NCBI GenBank assembly: GCA_037441385.1
Contig: JBBISH010000124.1
Location: forward strand, 1 to 17,634
Reading direction: 5' to 3'
From: Myxococcales bacterium
GTDB lineage: Bacteria; Myxococcota_A; UBA9042
DNA length: 17,634 bases
The notes beneath the pieces were generated by a model. It had not been told where the DNA came from. It did not search any database and saw only the letters and a list, made by a program, of their open reading frames with translations. How positions within the stretch are numbered: the stretch's first letter is position 1; every line of letters starts with the position of its first letter. Below are positions 8,978 through 17,513 of this stretch, one piece after another. A program made the position numbers and the translations under genes.

Positions 8978-9235
8978 CTAGCCATATTTCAGCTTGAAAA
9001 TCAGAATGATCACGGCCAGGACCAACGTCACGCCATTGGCCAGGGTCACCGGCCACGAACCGATAGCCAGGCCATACACCAGCCACAGGCTGACGCCCAC
9101 CGTGAACAACACGAACATCCCCAGCGAGATGTCGCGCGTCTGGCGGGTGCGGTAGACGCGGACCAGCTGCGGGACAAAGGCCACGGTGGTCAGCACTCCG
9201 GCGATGTGCCCTACGATTTCAGTAGCTTGGGGCAT
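8978..9235 (-). CDS. SemiSWEET (PQ-loop/MtN3-saliva) sugar transporter
   Basis: 85 aa with three hydrophobic helices; TTVAFVPQ, TRDIS, LWLVYG and LAN motifs are typical of SemiSWEET. Confidence 0.92.
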   Translation of the reverse strand: MPQATEIVGHIAGVLTTVAFVPQLVRVYRTRQTRDISLGMFVLFTVGVSLWLVYGLAIGSWPVTLANGVTLVLAVIILIFKLKYG

Positions 9236-9244
9236 ATTCGTTCC

Positions 9245-11830
9245 TCACGTCGGCCGCAGTCGGTTGGGGGGCGGCGGTGCCGCGGTCAGCGGATCCTCGG
9301 GCCAGTAGTGCTTGGGGTAGTTGCGGCTCAGCTCGCGCCGCAGCGCGGGGTAGTGGCGGCTCCAAAATCCGGCAAGATCCGTGCTGACTTGCACAGGGCG
9401 CTGGCTCGGCGCCAGCAGGTGCAGCACCACCGGCACCCGCCCGCCGGCCACGCGCGGACCATCGCGCAGGCCCAAGAAGTCCTGCAGGCGCGACGACGCC
9501 CACGGCGGTCGATCGCTCTCGTAATGGATGCGCAGCTTGCGACCACCGGCGAGCGTAATGAACTCGGGCGCTTGCTCGGCCAGCACCTGCAGCCCGCGCC
9601 CGCCCGCCGCACAGTCCAGTCGGGCCAGCAACAACGGTTGTAGCTCGCCCAACTGATCCAGGCGGGTGCAGCCTTCGGCCATTTCTGCAGCGATTTCAGC
9701 CAGCAACGCGCCATCAATGCCAGGCAGATCGACCACCCCGGCCTGCTCACGGACGAATTGCACGCGGCACTGCAGCTGCGCCAGCTCCTCTTCGCCCAGG
9801 CCGGCGGTCGGGTCGCGCTCCAGCCAGGTTTTCGCCAGCAGGGCGGACACTTCCGGGCTGGCCGGCGCCGGCCGCAGCGTGCGCTCCAGCTCCAAGCCGT
9901 CCAACGTAACCCGCTCCACCCGCTGCACGGCCTGCTTCTCGAGCAGAAGTTCGCTGCTCGTCTGGGTGCGATCCAGCAGCGCTTCAAAGACTTCCTCGAC
10001 CGCCACGCCATGCGCCACCCGCACGGTGGTCTGGTTGCCGTGGGCCTCGCGGCGCTCCTCGGCGTCCAGGACCAGCAGCCACGCCGGCTCAGTCACCTGA
10101 CTCCGCGGCCCCAGCACCAGCCGCCGCCCGCCCGGCATCTCCAGCTCGCGGCCCCCCGGCTGCCGGCGCCGCGCCAGGCGATCGCCAAAACCGGCCAGCA
10201 GCGCCAGGTTCAAGGCCGTGTGCACGTCGGCCGCCGGGTCGGGCGGCAACCGCAGCTGCCGACTCAGTTGTTGGGCCACCCGCCGCGCCGCCGCAATCCC
10301 AGCCTCGACCGGGGCGGCCATCCGCGGGCCGCGGACGTCCTGTGCGACCGCCTCGACCAGCGCCAACAAATCCGAGTCGCCGTGCGGGATTCGCGACCCC
10401 AGCTCGGACGCCCGCTGCGGATCGCCATGGCTACCCAGCTCGCCCTCGGCCAGCAGCGCCACCGCCAGCGCCGCTAGTTGCCCGGCCCCGCGCTCCGCCG
10501 CCGCCAAAACGACCCGCCCAAGCCGGGGATGCACAGGCAACTCCAGCAGTTGCCTGCCCAGCGCCGTGACACGGCCCTGTTCCAGCGCCCCCAGCCGCTC
10601 CAGCACCTGCTCGGCTTGTGCGACCAGGGCCGGCTCGGGCGGACTGAGCCAGAAGTCGCGGTCCAACGGCACGCTCAGATGCTGAGCCAGCGCCGCCGCC
10701 TGCAGCAGAGCTTCGGCCAGGTCCGAGCGCAAAATCTCTGGTTTGTCATAGGGCTGCGCGCTCTCAGCCTCGTGCTGCGTATACAGTCGCAGGCAGCGAC
10801 CTGGCCGCACCCGGCCGGCACGACCCGCCCGTTGCGTCGCCGAAGCCTTGCTGATTCGCCGCAGTTGCAGCGTCGGCAACCCACTCCACGGCGCGTGGCC
10901 CGCTTGACGCACCAGCCCCGCGTCGATGACCGCCGTCACCCCAGGCAAAGTCAGCGACGTCTCTGCGATATTGGTCGACACGACCACCTTGCGCCGCCCC
11001 TCGGGCGCCAAGGCCCGGTTCTGCTCGGCCAGCGGCAGGGCCCCGTGCAGCGGCCGGATCGCCAGGTCGGCGTCGCGGGCCAGAGGCGCCAAGGCCTCGC
11101 AAGTCTTGCGGATCTCGTAGGCGCCCGGCAGGAACACCAGCACGTCGCCGTCGAGCCCCTCGCCCGTCGGCCCCTTGTGGAGCAGCTTGCGCAGCGCCGC
11201 CACCACTTGGTCCGGCAGCGGGCGCTGATCCAGGGTCGCCGCGTGTTCGATGGTCACCGGAAACGTCCGACCAGCCACGTCGATCCGCGGCAAATCCCCC
11301 AGGTATTCACCCAGTTCGTCTACGTCCAGCGTGGCCGACATCACCAGCCGCCGCAGGTCGGGCCGCCGCCGCGCCAGCGCCCGCACCGCGGCCAGACCCA
11401 GATCCATCGCTAGGCGCCGCTCGTGAAATTCGTCAAAGATCACGCAGCCGATGCCGCGCAGTTCGGGGTCGTGGGCCAGCCGCCGCAGGAGCAGGCCGTC
11501 CGTCACATAGCGCAGGCGGGTGCGCGGGCTGACCGCCTCGTCAAAGCGGACGGTATAGCCAACTGTTTCGCCCACCTCCTCGCCGCGCTGCTCGGCCACG
11601 TAGCGGGCCGCCAGCACCGCCGCCATCCGCCGCGGCTCTGCCACCCAGATCTCGCCCTGCACTAGGCCGCGATCCAGCAAATCCATGGGAATGCGAGTGG
11701 TTTTGCCGGCCGCCGGCTCGGCGCGCACGATGGCCCCGCCGTGTTCGGCCACCGCGGCGGCGATGCGGCCCAGGGCGGCGTCGATCGGCAAAACCGGCTT
11801 GGGCGGCGCATGCGGCGAACTCAGGGGCAC
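9245..11830 (-). CDS. hrpB: ATP-dependent DEAH-box RNA helicase HrpB
   Basis: AGKTT, EPRRMAA, VGYTVRFD, DEFHER, MSAT, STNIAETSLT and QRAGRAGR motifs, plus the HrpB C-terminus (LQDFLG, HLLAPSQRPVQVSTDLAGFW, YPKHYWPEDP). Exact start uncertain. Confidence 0.95.
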   Translation of the reverse strand: MPLSSPHAPPKPVLPIDAALGRIAAAVAEHGGAIVRAEPAAGKTTRIPMDLLDRGLVQGEIWVAEPRRMAAVLAARYVAEQRGEEVGETVGYTVRFDEAVSPRTRLRYVTDGLLLRRLAHDPELRGIGCVIFDEFHERRLAMDLGLAAVRALARRRPDLRRLVMSATLDVDELGEYLGDLPRIDVAGRTFPVTIEHAATLDQRPLPDQVVAALRKLLHKGPTGEGLDGDVLVFLPGAYEIRKTCEALAPLARDADLAIRPLHGALPLAEQNRALAPEGRRKVVVSTNIAETSLTLPGVTAVIDAGLVRQAGHAPWSGLPTLQLRRISKASATQRAGRAGRVRPGRCLRLYTQHEAESAQPYDKPEILRSDLAEALLQAAALAQHLSVPLDRDFWLSPPEPALVAQAEQVLERLGALEQGRVTALGRQLLELPVHPRLGRVVLAAAERGAGQLAALAVALLAEGELGSHGDPQRASELGSRIPHGDSDLLALVEAVAQDVRGPRMAAPVEAGIAAARRVAQQLSRQLRLPPDPAADVHTALNLALLAGFGDRLARRRQPGGRELEMPGGRRLVLGPRSQVTEPAWLLVLDAEERREAHGNQTTVRVAHGVAVEEVFEALLDRTQTSSELLLEKQAVQRVERVTLDGLELERTLRPAPASPEVSALLAKTWLERDPTAGLGEEELAQLQCRVQFVREQAGVVDLPGIDGALLAEIAAEMAEGCTRLDQLGELQPLLLARLDCAAGGRGLQVLAEQAPEFITLAGGRKLRIHYESDRPPWASSRLQDFLGLRDGPRVAGGRVPVVLHLLAPSQRPVQVSTDLAGFWSRHYPALRRELSRNYPKHYWPEDPLTAAPPPPNRLRPT

Positions 11831-11850
11831 TCCTTCACGCTCGTCGAGAC

Positions 11851-11880
11851 TTTACAAATATCAAGTTTACGATAATCAAA
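11851..11880. promoter_or_regulatory. AT-rich 15-bp imperfect tandem repeat upstream of hrpB
   Basis: TTTACAAATATCAAG / TTTACGATAATCAAA (11/15 identical); a strikingly AT-rich patch in a GC-rich window. Confidence 0.4.
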
Positions 11881-11881
11881 A

Positions 11882-12004
11882 CATACCCGTTCCGCCCGAA
11901 TCGAAAACCTGGGCATTTCTCCGGGCCCGCACCGGGGTCCCCGCCTGATTCTCGCCAGTTGCAGAACGCCTCACAGAAGCCGTACAAGCGTGAATCAGGT
12001 GGGG
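11882..12004 (-). repeat. Dispersed structured intergenic element, copy 2
   Basis: Reverse complement matches 1..126. Contains the stem CCCCACCTGATTCACGC / GCGAGAATCAGGCGGGG. Begins a few nt after the amylase stop codon. Confidence 0.85.
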
Positions 12005-12010
12005 TGCATA

Positions 12011-13846
12011 TTAGTTGACAATAATCAGGCGCGCGCCGACCCCAGGCATCGCGTCCAGCACGAGTCGGCCGTCTTTGACCGGAACATCCTGATTCGTCAG
12101 CAGATCCTTGCCGCTCACCACCGGTCCCAAACCGTCCGTCACCGGCACCGTGCCGCCCACCGCGTCGTCGAGCTTGAACACGCCCAACACTCGGATATTG
12201 CTCAGGGTCCGCACCGCCAGCAGCCAGCCATCCGGCGCATCCAGCACCGTCCACGCGCCGCGCTGCAGGGCCGGCGTCTGCCGCCACACCGCGATCAGCT
12301 TCTGCACATGCCGCAGCATCGACGTGGGATCCTGCAGCTGGCTCGCCACATCGGGGCCATCGGCCGGTGCCTGCCAGGGCGTGCCTGTGGTAAACCCGCC
12401 GTTGGGACTGGCGTTCCAGCGCATCGGCAGACGCTTGTTCTTGTCGTCCGTGCCCGTCCCGTTGGGCGTGCCAATCTCTTCGCCGTAGTACAAGAACGGC
12501 GTACCGGGCACAAAAAACAGCAGGGACTCGGCCAGCTTCTGGGCGTCTGGGTCCAAGATTTGGCTCGCCCAGCGCACCTGATCGTGGTTCGACAAGAACA
12601 CCCCGCGCGGCGCCCCTGGCGGAAACTGCCCTTCCTCTTGGCACGTGACGATCTCCACGCCGTCGCCCAGTCCGCCCGCCACCGCGTTCAGCAGCGACGT
12701 CTGCAGGTCAAAATCAAAGGTCGTGTCCAGCCCGGCTTGCTGGTACTTGGCCGCGATGGCGTTACTGGCCCACGCCTCGCCCACCAGCAGCGTCGCCGGC
12801 TGCTTGGTGTGGGTGTACTGGGCAAAACCGCCCCACCAATCCAGGGTTGCTTGCGTGTCTTGCTGCCCCTTGCCTGGCCCGGTCTCGATCAGGTAGCGCA
12901 CGGCGTCCAGGCGAAACCCGTCGATGCCGCGATCGAGCCAAAAGCCTGCCGCCTGCTGCAGCGCCGCGGTCACGCCTGGAGTCTGCGCGTTCAGGTCCGG
13001 CATGTTCGAGGAAAACACCCCATAATACCAGCGCTTCCCTTTGACGTGCCACACCTTGCCGCCCCCAGACCAGGGCTGCTTCCAGGTCGTCTCGGGCGTG
13101 GTGTCGCGCCACACGTACCAATCGTTGTGCCCGGTCGCGGCCGCCGAGTCGACGAACCACGGGTGCTGGGGCGACGTGTGGTTTGCCACAAAATCCAAGA
13201 TGATCTTGACGCCGCGGCTGTGGGCCAGCGCCACCAGCGCGTCCAGGTCGGCCAGCTTCCCGTAGGCGGGGTTGACGTTCATATAGTCTGTGCCGTCGTA
13301 ACCGTGGTAGCTGGGCGACGGCATGATCGGCATGAGCCACAGCAGCGTGACGCCCAAGTCGTCGCCACCCGGCTTTCCGTCGTTCAAGTAATCAAACTTG
13401 TTGATAATTCCTTTGAGATCGCCGATGCCGTCGCCGTTCGAGTCGGCAAAACTTCGCACGAAGATCTCGTAGGCGACCTGGCTGGTCCAGCCGCTGCTGG
13501 CCGACAGTTCGCTGCGACACGGCGCCAGTGCCGGCGGAGGTTCTTTTGCAACATCCAGAGGTTGCGCTGTGTCCACTGCGCCATCGGCCCCGGCGGAATC
13601 CGCGACCGTGGCGTCGTCCGCATCGGGCCCAACGGCATCCACCACGTCGACTTGGGCCACTGCGTCTTTGGCCACATCCTTGGCCGTATCCGCAACCACA
13701 GAAGTGTCCTTGACGTCTACACTATCCGGGACATCGCTGGGCGGATCGGCGTCGGCACCGCCCTCAGTCTGCTGGGGCGCGGCACAACCAACCAGCGCCG
13801 CGGTCAGCAACCACCGCGCCACCAGCGTTCCCTTTGGACCGGCCAT
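12011..13846 (-). CDS. GH13 alpha-amylase-family lipoprotein
   Basis: Lipobox LVG-C and acidic linker; YEIFVRSFADSNGDGIGD, YHGYD, DFVANHTS; catalytic motifs GFRLDAV (Asp), VGEAW (Glu), FLSNHD (Asp); PFLYYGEEIG. Confidence 0.93.
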   Translation of the reverse strand: MAGPKGTLVARWLLTAALVGCAAPQQTEGGADADPPSDVPDSVDVKDTSVVADTAKDVAKDAVAQVDVVDAVGPDADDATVADSAGADGAVDTAQPLDVAKEPPPALAPCRSELSASSGWTSQVAYEIFVRSFADSNGDGIGDLKGIINKFDYLNDGKPGGDDLGVTLLWLMPIMPSPSYHGYDGTDYMNVNPAYGKLADLDALVALAHSRGVKIILDFVANHTSPQHPWFVDSAAATGHNDWYVWRDTTPETTWKQPWSGGGKVWHVKGKRWYYGVFSSNMPDLNAQTPGVTAALQQAAGFWLDRGIDGFRLDAVRYLIETGPGKGQQDTQATLDWWGGFAQYTHTKQPATLLVGEAWASNAIAAKYQQAGLDTTFDFDLQTSLLNAVAGGLGDGVEIVTCQEEGQFPPGAPRGVFLSNHDQVRWASQILDPDAQKLAESLLFFVPGTPFLYYGEEIGTPNGTGTDDKNKRLPMRWNASPNGGFTTGTPWQAPADGPDVASQLQDPTSMLRHVQKLIAVWRQTPALQRGAWTVLDAPDGWLLAVRTLSNIRVLGVFKLDDAVGGTVPVTDGLGPVVSGKDLLTNQDVPVKDGRLVLDAMPGVGARLIIVN

Positions 13847-15279
13847 CAGTCGCGCTCCGGGACGACCGAGTGCTGGTGGGCGTGCAAGATGGCAACCCCT
13901 TGCACAGGCTCCAGTTGCTCGCGCAATGCCTCGAGCGCGTCTTGCACGACCTGCCGCCGGCAGGGGTGGTAGCTGATGGCCAACGTCGTGAGCTCGATCG
14001 ACCGCACCATCGGCAACTCAGTAGCAAGTTTAAGGAATTCGCCAGCCTGGACGCAGTCGTCAAAGCGGTCCGCCGGTCGCTTGGCGGTGGCGCGCTGCAT
14101 GAACTCGACCAGGTCGACCGGGATGTCCGGGCGAACCTCGCGCGGGTCGGGCAACGGCGTGGTCAGATGGTGCTCCAGCAGTTCGTCGATGGTGTCGGCA
14201 TCAAACGGCACCTCGCCCGTGATCAGCTCGTACGCCAGAATTCCCAATGAATACAGATCCGAGCGACCATCCAGCTGCACGCCGCAGATTTGCTCGGGGC
14301 TCATGTAGTACGGCGTGCCGAACAACTGCTCGCCCTGCAGCGCCGCCGAGTGGTTGACCGACACGGCGATGCCGAAGTCGAGCAGCTTGGCGCGGCGCTC
14401 CTCGTCGGCCAGAAACACGTTCGACGGCTTGACGTCGCGATGCAACAGCCCTTTTTGGTGCGAGTACGCCAGCGCCGACGCGACTTCGCGCAAGATACGC
14501 CGCACCATGCCGTAGGGCAGACGTTGCCCTTGCTGAATCAGGTCTTCCAGCGTCAGCCCCTGCAACTTCTCCATCACGATGAAGTGGGTGCCGTAGGCCG
14601 CCTCGGTGTCGTACACACGCACGATGTGATCGTGGTTCAGCTGGGCAATCAGCTGGGCTTCGCGCTGAAATTGCTCGCGAAAGCGCTCGTGAAAGCACAG
14701 CGAGTGCGACAGCATCTTCAGCGCCACCGACCGCTGCAGCCCGGGGTGCATCGCCTCGAACACGGTCGCCACCGCGCCCGCGCCCAAACGGCCCAAAACG
14801 CGATACTTGCCCACGTGCTGGATGCCGGTCTGCTCCAGCAGGCGCTCGCCCACCGCGCGGGTCAAGAACTCGCCCACCGACGGGAACCGCCGCACCACGT
14901 CGTTGAACACCGGCCGCGTCAGCCGCAGGCACCGCACCGCCGTCTCGGCCACGACGTCGGCCGTCCGCGGGGCCGACATGACCAGCGCCATCTCGCCGAA
15001 CACGGCCGGGGCCGTCAGCATGCGCTCAAAGGCCGTGCTGGTCATGCTGTTGATGACAACGCGCACCGTGCCTTGCTCGAGCAGGTACATGTCATCGCCG
15101 TCTTCGCCCTGGTGCAGCACGCGGGAAGATGGTTCGTATTCCACCACTTCCATGACGTCGCGCAGGCGCTCCACCGCGTCGTCGCCCATGCGGGCAAACA
15201 TTTCGAGCTGGGCCCAGCCGGGCCGCGGCGCGGGCGGGACGTGCGGGTACGGCGGCGGCGGCGGAATCGATAAACTCAT
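13846..15279 (-). CDS. Cyclic-nucleotide-binding domain fused to Hanks-type Ser/Thr protein kinase
   Basis: cNMP domain: QGEDGDDMYLLEQG.V and FGEMAL....PRTADV. Kinase: LGAGAVATV, VALK, HRDVKPSN, DFG, GTPYYMSPE, SDLYSLG. TGATG overlap with the amylase start. Confidence 0.93.
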   Translation of the reverse strand: MSLSIPPPPPYPHVPPAPRPGWAQLEMFARMGDDAVERLRDVMEVVEYEPSSRVLHQGEDGDDMYLLEQGTVRVVINSMTSTAFERMLTAPAVFGEMALVMSAPRTADVVAETAVRCLRLTRPVFNDVVRRFPSVGEFLTRAVGERLLEQTGIQHVGKYRVLGRLGAGAVATVFEAMHPGLQRSVALKMLSHSLCFHERFREQFQREAQLIAQLNHDHIVRVYDTEAAYGTHFIVMEKLQGLTLEDLIQQGQRLPYGMVRRILREVASALAYSHQKGLLHRDVKPSNVFLADEERRAKLLDFGIAVSVNHSAALQGEQLFGTPYYMSPEQICGVQLDGRSDLYSLGILAYELITGEVPFDADTIDELLEHHLTTPLPDPREVRPDIPVDLVEFMQRATAKRPADRFDDCVQAGEFLKLATELPMVRSIELTTLAISYHPCRRQVVQDALEALREQLEPVQGVAILHAHQHSVVPERD

Positions 15280-16427
15280 GAATCCTCTGGAGGTACCGGC
15301 GGCGCGTGGCCAAGGTAGGCAGCCGATAAGCGGTAGCGGTCAAGTGCCTCGAGCAGCAAGATGCGCCCGCAGGCCAACAGCGGCACGGCGATCAGCACGC
15401 CGATGATGCCGAACAGTTCGCCAAACGCAATGATGCCCAGCAAGACCGCCAGCGGCGGCAGGCCCACGCGGTTGCCAATCAAGCGCGGCGTGATGAACAG
15501 CAAATCGGCGCCATAGAACACCGCGAACAGAAAGATGATCCCCAGCAGGTGACCGCCTTCGGCATCAGACAGAGCCGTCAGCAGCGCCGTGAGTAGGCAC
15601 CCCACCACCACGCCCACGTACGGAACCAAGTACAGCACGGCCGCGATCGGCCCCATCACCAAGAAAAACGGCACACCCAGCAGCCCCATGCCCAGCGTGA
15701 AGCAAGAACCCGCCAGCGCCAACAACATGAGCTGGCCGCGCACAAAGCCGTCGAGCACTTCGCCGATCCGGCCGGTAACGCGGCGGATCTCGTCGATGCG
15801 CCGGCGCGGCACCAGATCGCCCAGGCGCGCCATGATGCGCTCGTAATCGTCGAGCAAGAAGAACGCGACCACCACCACCAGCGCCAACCGGCCCAGGCCA
15901 ATGACGATATCGCGCGCCGACGACAGCACGACCGTCAGCACCGACTGCGCCGGTCCCACGAATTCGCGGGCAATCGCCTGGGCGGCACCCGACAGGTCCT
16001 GATACGAAATCCACTCGCTGACACTGCGGCCCGCGTGCTCTTGGAACCACGGATCGGCGCGCAGCACCCAGTTGTACATCCGCGCGGGCGCGTGCTCGCT
16101 CACCCGCAGCAGCTGCTGGGCCATGGTCGGCAGCACCACCATCGCGAACACCGCCGCCAACGTCAGCACCGCCAGCAGCGGCACCGTCAGCGCCAGGATC
16201 GGCGGGACGCGCCAGCGCCGCAGCCGCACGACGATTGGATTGAGGGCGTAAGCGATGAAGAAACCGATCAAAATCGGCGCAGTCACCACTCGCAGCCGCA
16301 CCAGCAGCCACAGCAGCGCAAAGGCCGTGCCACCCAGCAAGAGCGTCTTGAAGAACAAGGACTGCCAGGCAATGGCCGCGGGCGGCGAGTCAGCAGGCGG
16401 CGGAGGTGGGTCGGGGGGTAGAGACAT
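15276..16427 (-). CDS. AI-2E family (PerM/UPF0118) membrane transporter
   Basis: PILIGFFIAYALNPIV..L, FFLLDD, GFVRGQL, VPYVG, ITPRLIG..VGL.P and FGIIGVLIAVP motifs. ATGA overlap with the kinase. ATG at 16427 is preferred because the longer start overlaps the divergent gene. Confidence 0.92.
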   Translation of the reverse strand: MSLPPDPPPPPADSPPAAIAWQSLFFKTLLLGGTAFALLWLLVRLRVVTAPILIGFFIAYALNPIVVRLRRWRVPPILALTVPLLAVLTLAAVFAMVVLPTMAQQLLRVSEHAPARMYNWVLRADPWFQEHAGRSVSEWISYQDLSGAAQAIAREFVGPAQSVLTVVLSSARDIVIGLGRLALVVVVAFFLLDDYERIMARLGDLVPRRRIDEIRRVTGRIGEVLDGFVRGQLMLLALAGSCFTLGMGLLGVPFFLVMGPIAAVLYLVPYVGVVVGCLLTALLTALSDAEGGHLLGIIFLFAVFYGADLLFITPRLIGNRVGLPPLAVLLGIIAFGELFGIIGVLIAVPLLACGRILLLEALDRYRLSAAYLGHAPPVPPEDS

Positions 16428-16463
16428 GGGCCGCCATGCAGCATACTCTGCAAAGGAGGCCTT

Positions 16464-17513
16464 GTGAATTCGATTGCGCTTTGCCTGCTCTTTGCCCTGG
16501 CTGCCCCGGTCCACAGTGCGCCGCCGGCCCCGGCCGCGCCGCCGCAGGCGGTAGTCGGTACTCGCCTCAGCGTGCAGCACCCGCCGTTAACCCGCGAGAA
16601 ACTCTGCGACTTTGCCGTCCACGCTTCGCGCGCCCAGGCGCTGCCGATGGACCAGGACCCGGTGTTCCATGCGCCGCCGGCCGAGGTCAAGGCCGCCCTG
16701 GGGGTGCTCCGCAAGGACTTGATGGCGGGCGATCCCGCCGTGGTGGCCGCGGCGGAACGCCAACTGGCGCAGTTGCTGCAAGGGCCGCATGGCGCCACGT
16801 TGGCGCGCCTGGCCATGCTGGATCGCACGCCGATGGTGCAGTTGGCCGGCATCCGCGCGGCCTTGCCCTTGGCAGCACAACACCCCAGGTTGTTTGCCTT
16901 CTTGCCCACCATGGACGCCAAGATGGCGCCGCCCCTGGCGCAGGCGGTGGTGGCCTTCGATTTCGCGACGCGCTGCGATGCGCCCGTGCTGTTCTCGCTG
17001 GACGGCCTGGATCATCCCGACCCAGGGGTCGTCGCGAACCTCATCGACCGGACGGTGGCCCTTGCCGGCCAGATGCGCGATGCGCCGCCCGTCGATCGCT
17101 TGGTCGCGTGGGTGCTGCGGCGCCAGGGTCCGGCCGGGCTGCGCGCCAGGGCCGTGCGCGGGCTGGGGCAGCTGGGCCTGGTCAAGCTGACCACGGTTTG
17201 GCAGCAACTGGCCGGCGACGCCAGCCCCGAGGTGGCGGCCGAGGCGTGGCCAGCGTGGGCGCAGGTCGCGCCGGCAGACGCGCAAGTCGGGTTGAATGCA
17301 GGTGGTTTTACCGACTCGCGCCCGCTCCTTGCCTGGGGTGCGCTGCGGGCGGCCGCGGATGCCTGTGCGCTCGTGCCCGACCGCTGCGACAGGCCGGTCC
17401 GAGGCTTTTTGTCCAGCAAGGTCGCGGTGGTCGACCCGATCAGCGGGGCCAAAGTGCAGCTAGCACAAGTGGCCCAACAAACGCTGCAGTACTGGAGCGT
17501 CGCTGGCGAATAA
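16464..17513 (+). CDS. Secreted hypothetical protein, probably alpha-helical with HEAT-like repeats
   Basis: AAGGAGG RBS at ~16453-16459 before GTG; signal peptide MNSIALCLLFALAAPVHS; HEAT-like segments LDHPDPGVVA, LRARAVRGLGQLG and LAGDASPEV. Confidence 0.7.
   Translation: MNSIALCLLFALAAPVHSAPPAPAAPPQAVVGTRLSVQHPPLTREKLCDFAVHASRAQALPMDQDPVFHAPPAEVKAALGVLRKDLMAGDPAVVAAAERQLAQLLQGPHGATLARLAMLDRTPMVQLAGIRAALPLAAQHPRLFAFLPTMDAKMAPPLAQAVVAFDFATRCDAPVLFSLDGLDHPDPGVVANLIDRTVALAGQMRDAPPVDRLVAWVLRRQGPAGLRARAVRGLGQLGLVKLTTVWQQLAGDASPEVAAEAWPAWAQVAPADAQVGLNAGGFTDSRPLLAWGALRAAADACALVPDRCDRPVRGFLSSKVAVVDPISGAKVQLAQVAQQTLQYWSVAGE

Noticed and set aside
8790..9086. 98-aa minus-strand ORF
   Set aside because: Out-of-frame overlap with SemiSWEET, runs through the structured intergenic element, and has no protein-like features.
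126..11882. Composite transposon or invertible segment bounded by the two inverted element copies
   Set aside because: No recombinase or transposase lies inside, the copies are ~13% diverged, and the cargo includes ordinary chromosomal genes such as hrpB. Independent insertions are more parsimonious, although a past inversion cannot be excluded.
11990..13972. 660-aa plus-strand ORF and other long antisense ORFs (e.g. 1862..2908, 3215..4432, 7489..8619, 14290..15273)
   Set aside because: Shadow ORFs opposite motif-supported genes, as expected from GC-rich codon bias.
9245..15279. Anti-phage defence system (helicase plus kinase)
   Set aside because: The helicase is canonical HrpB, and no nuclease, cyclase or other defence-type effector is recognisable in the window.
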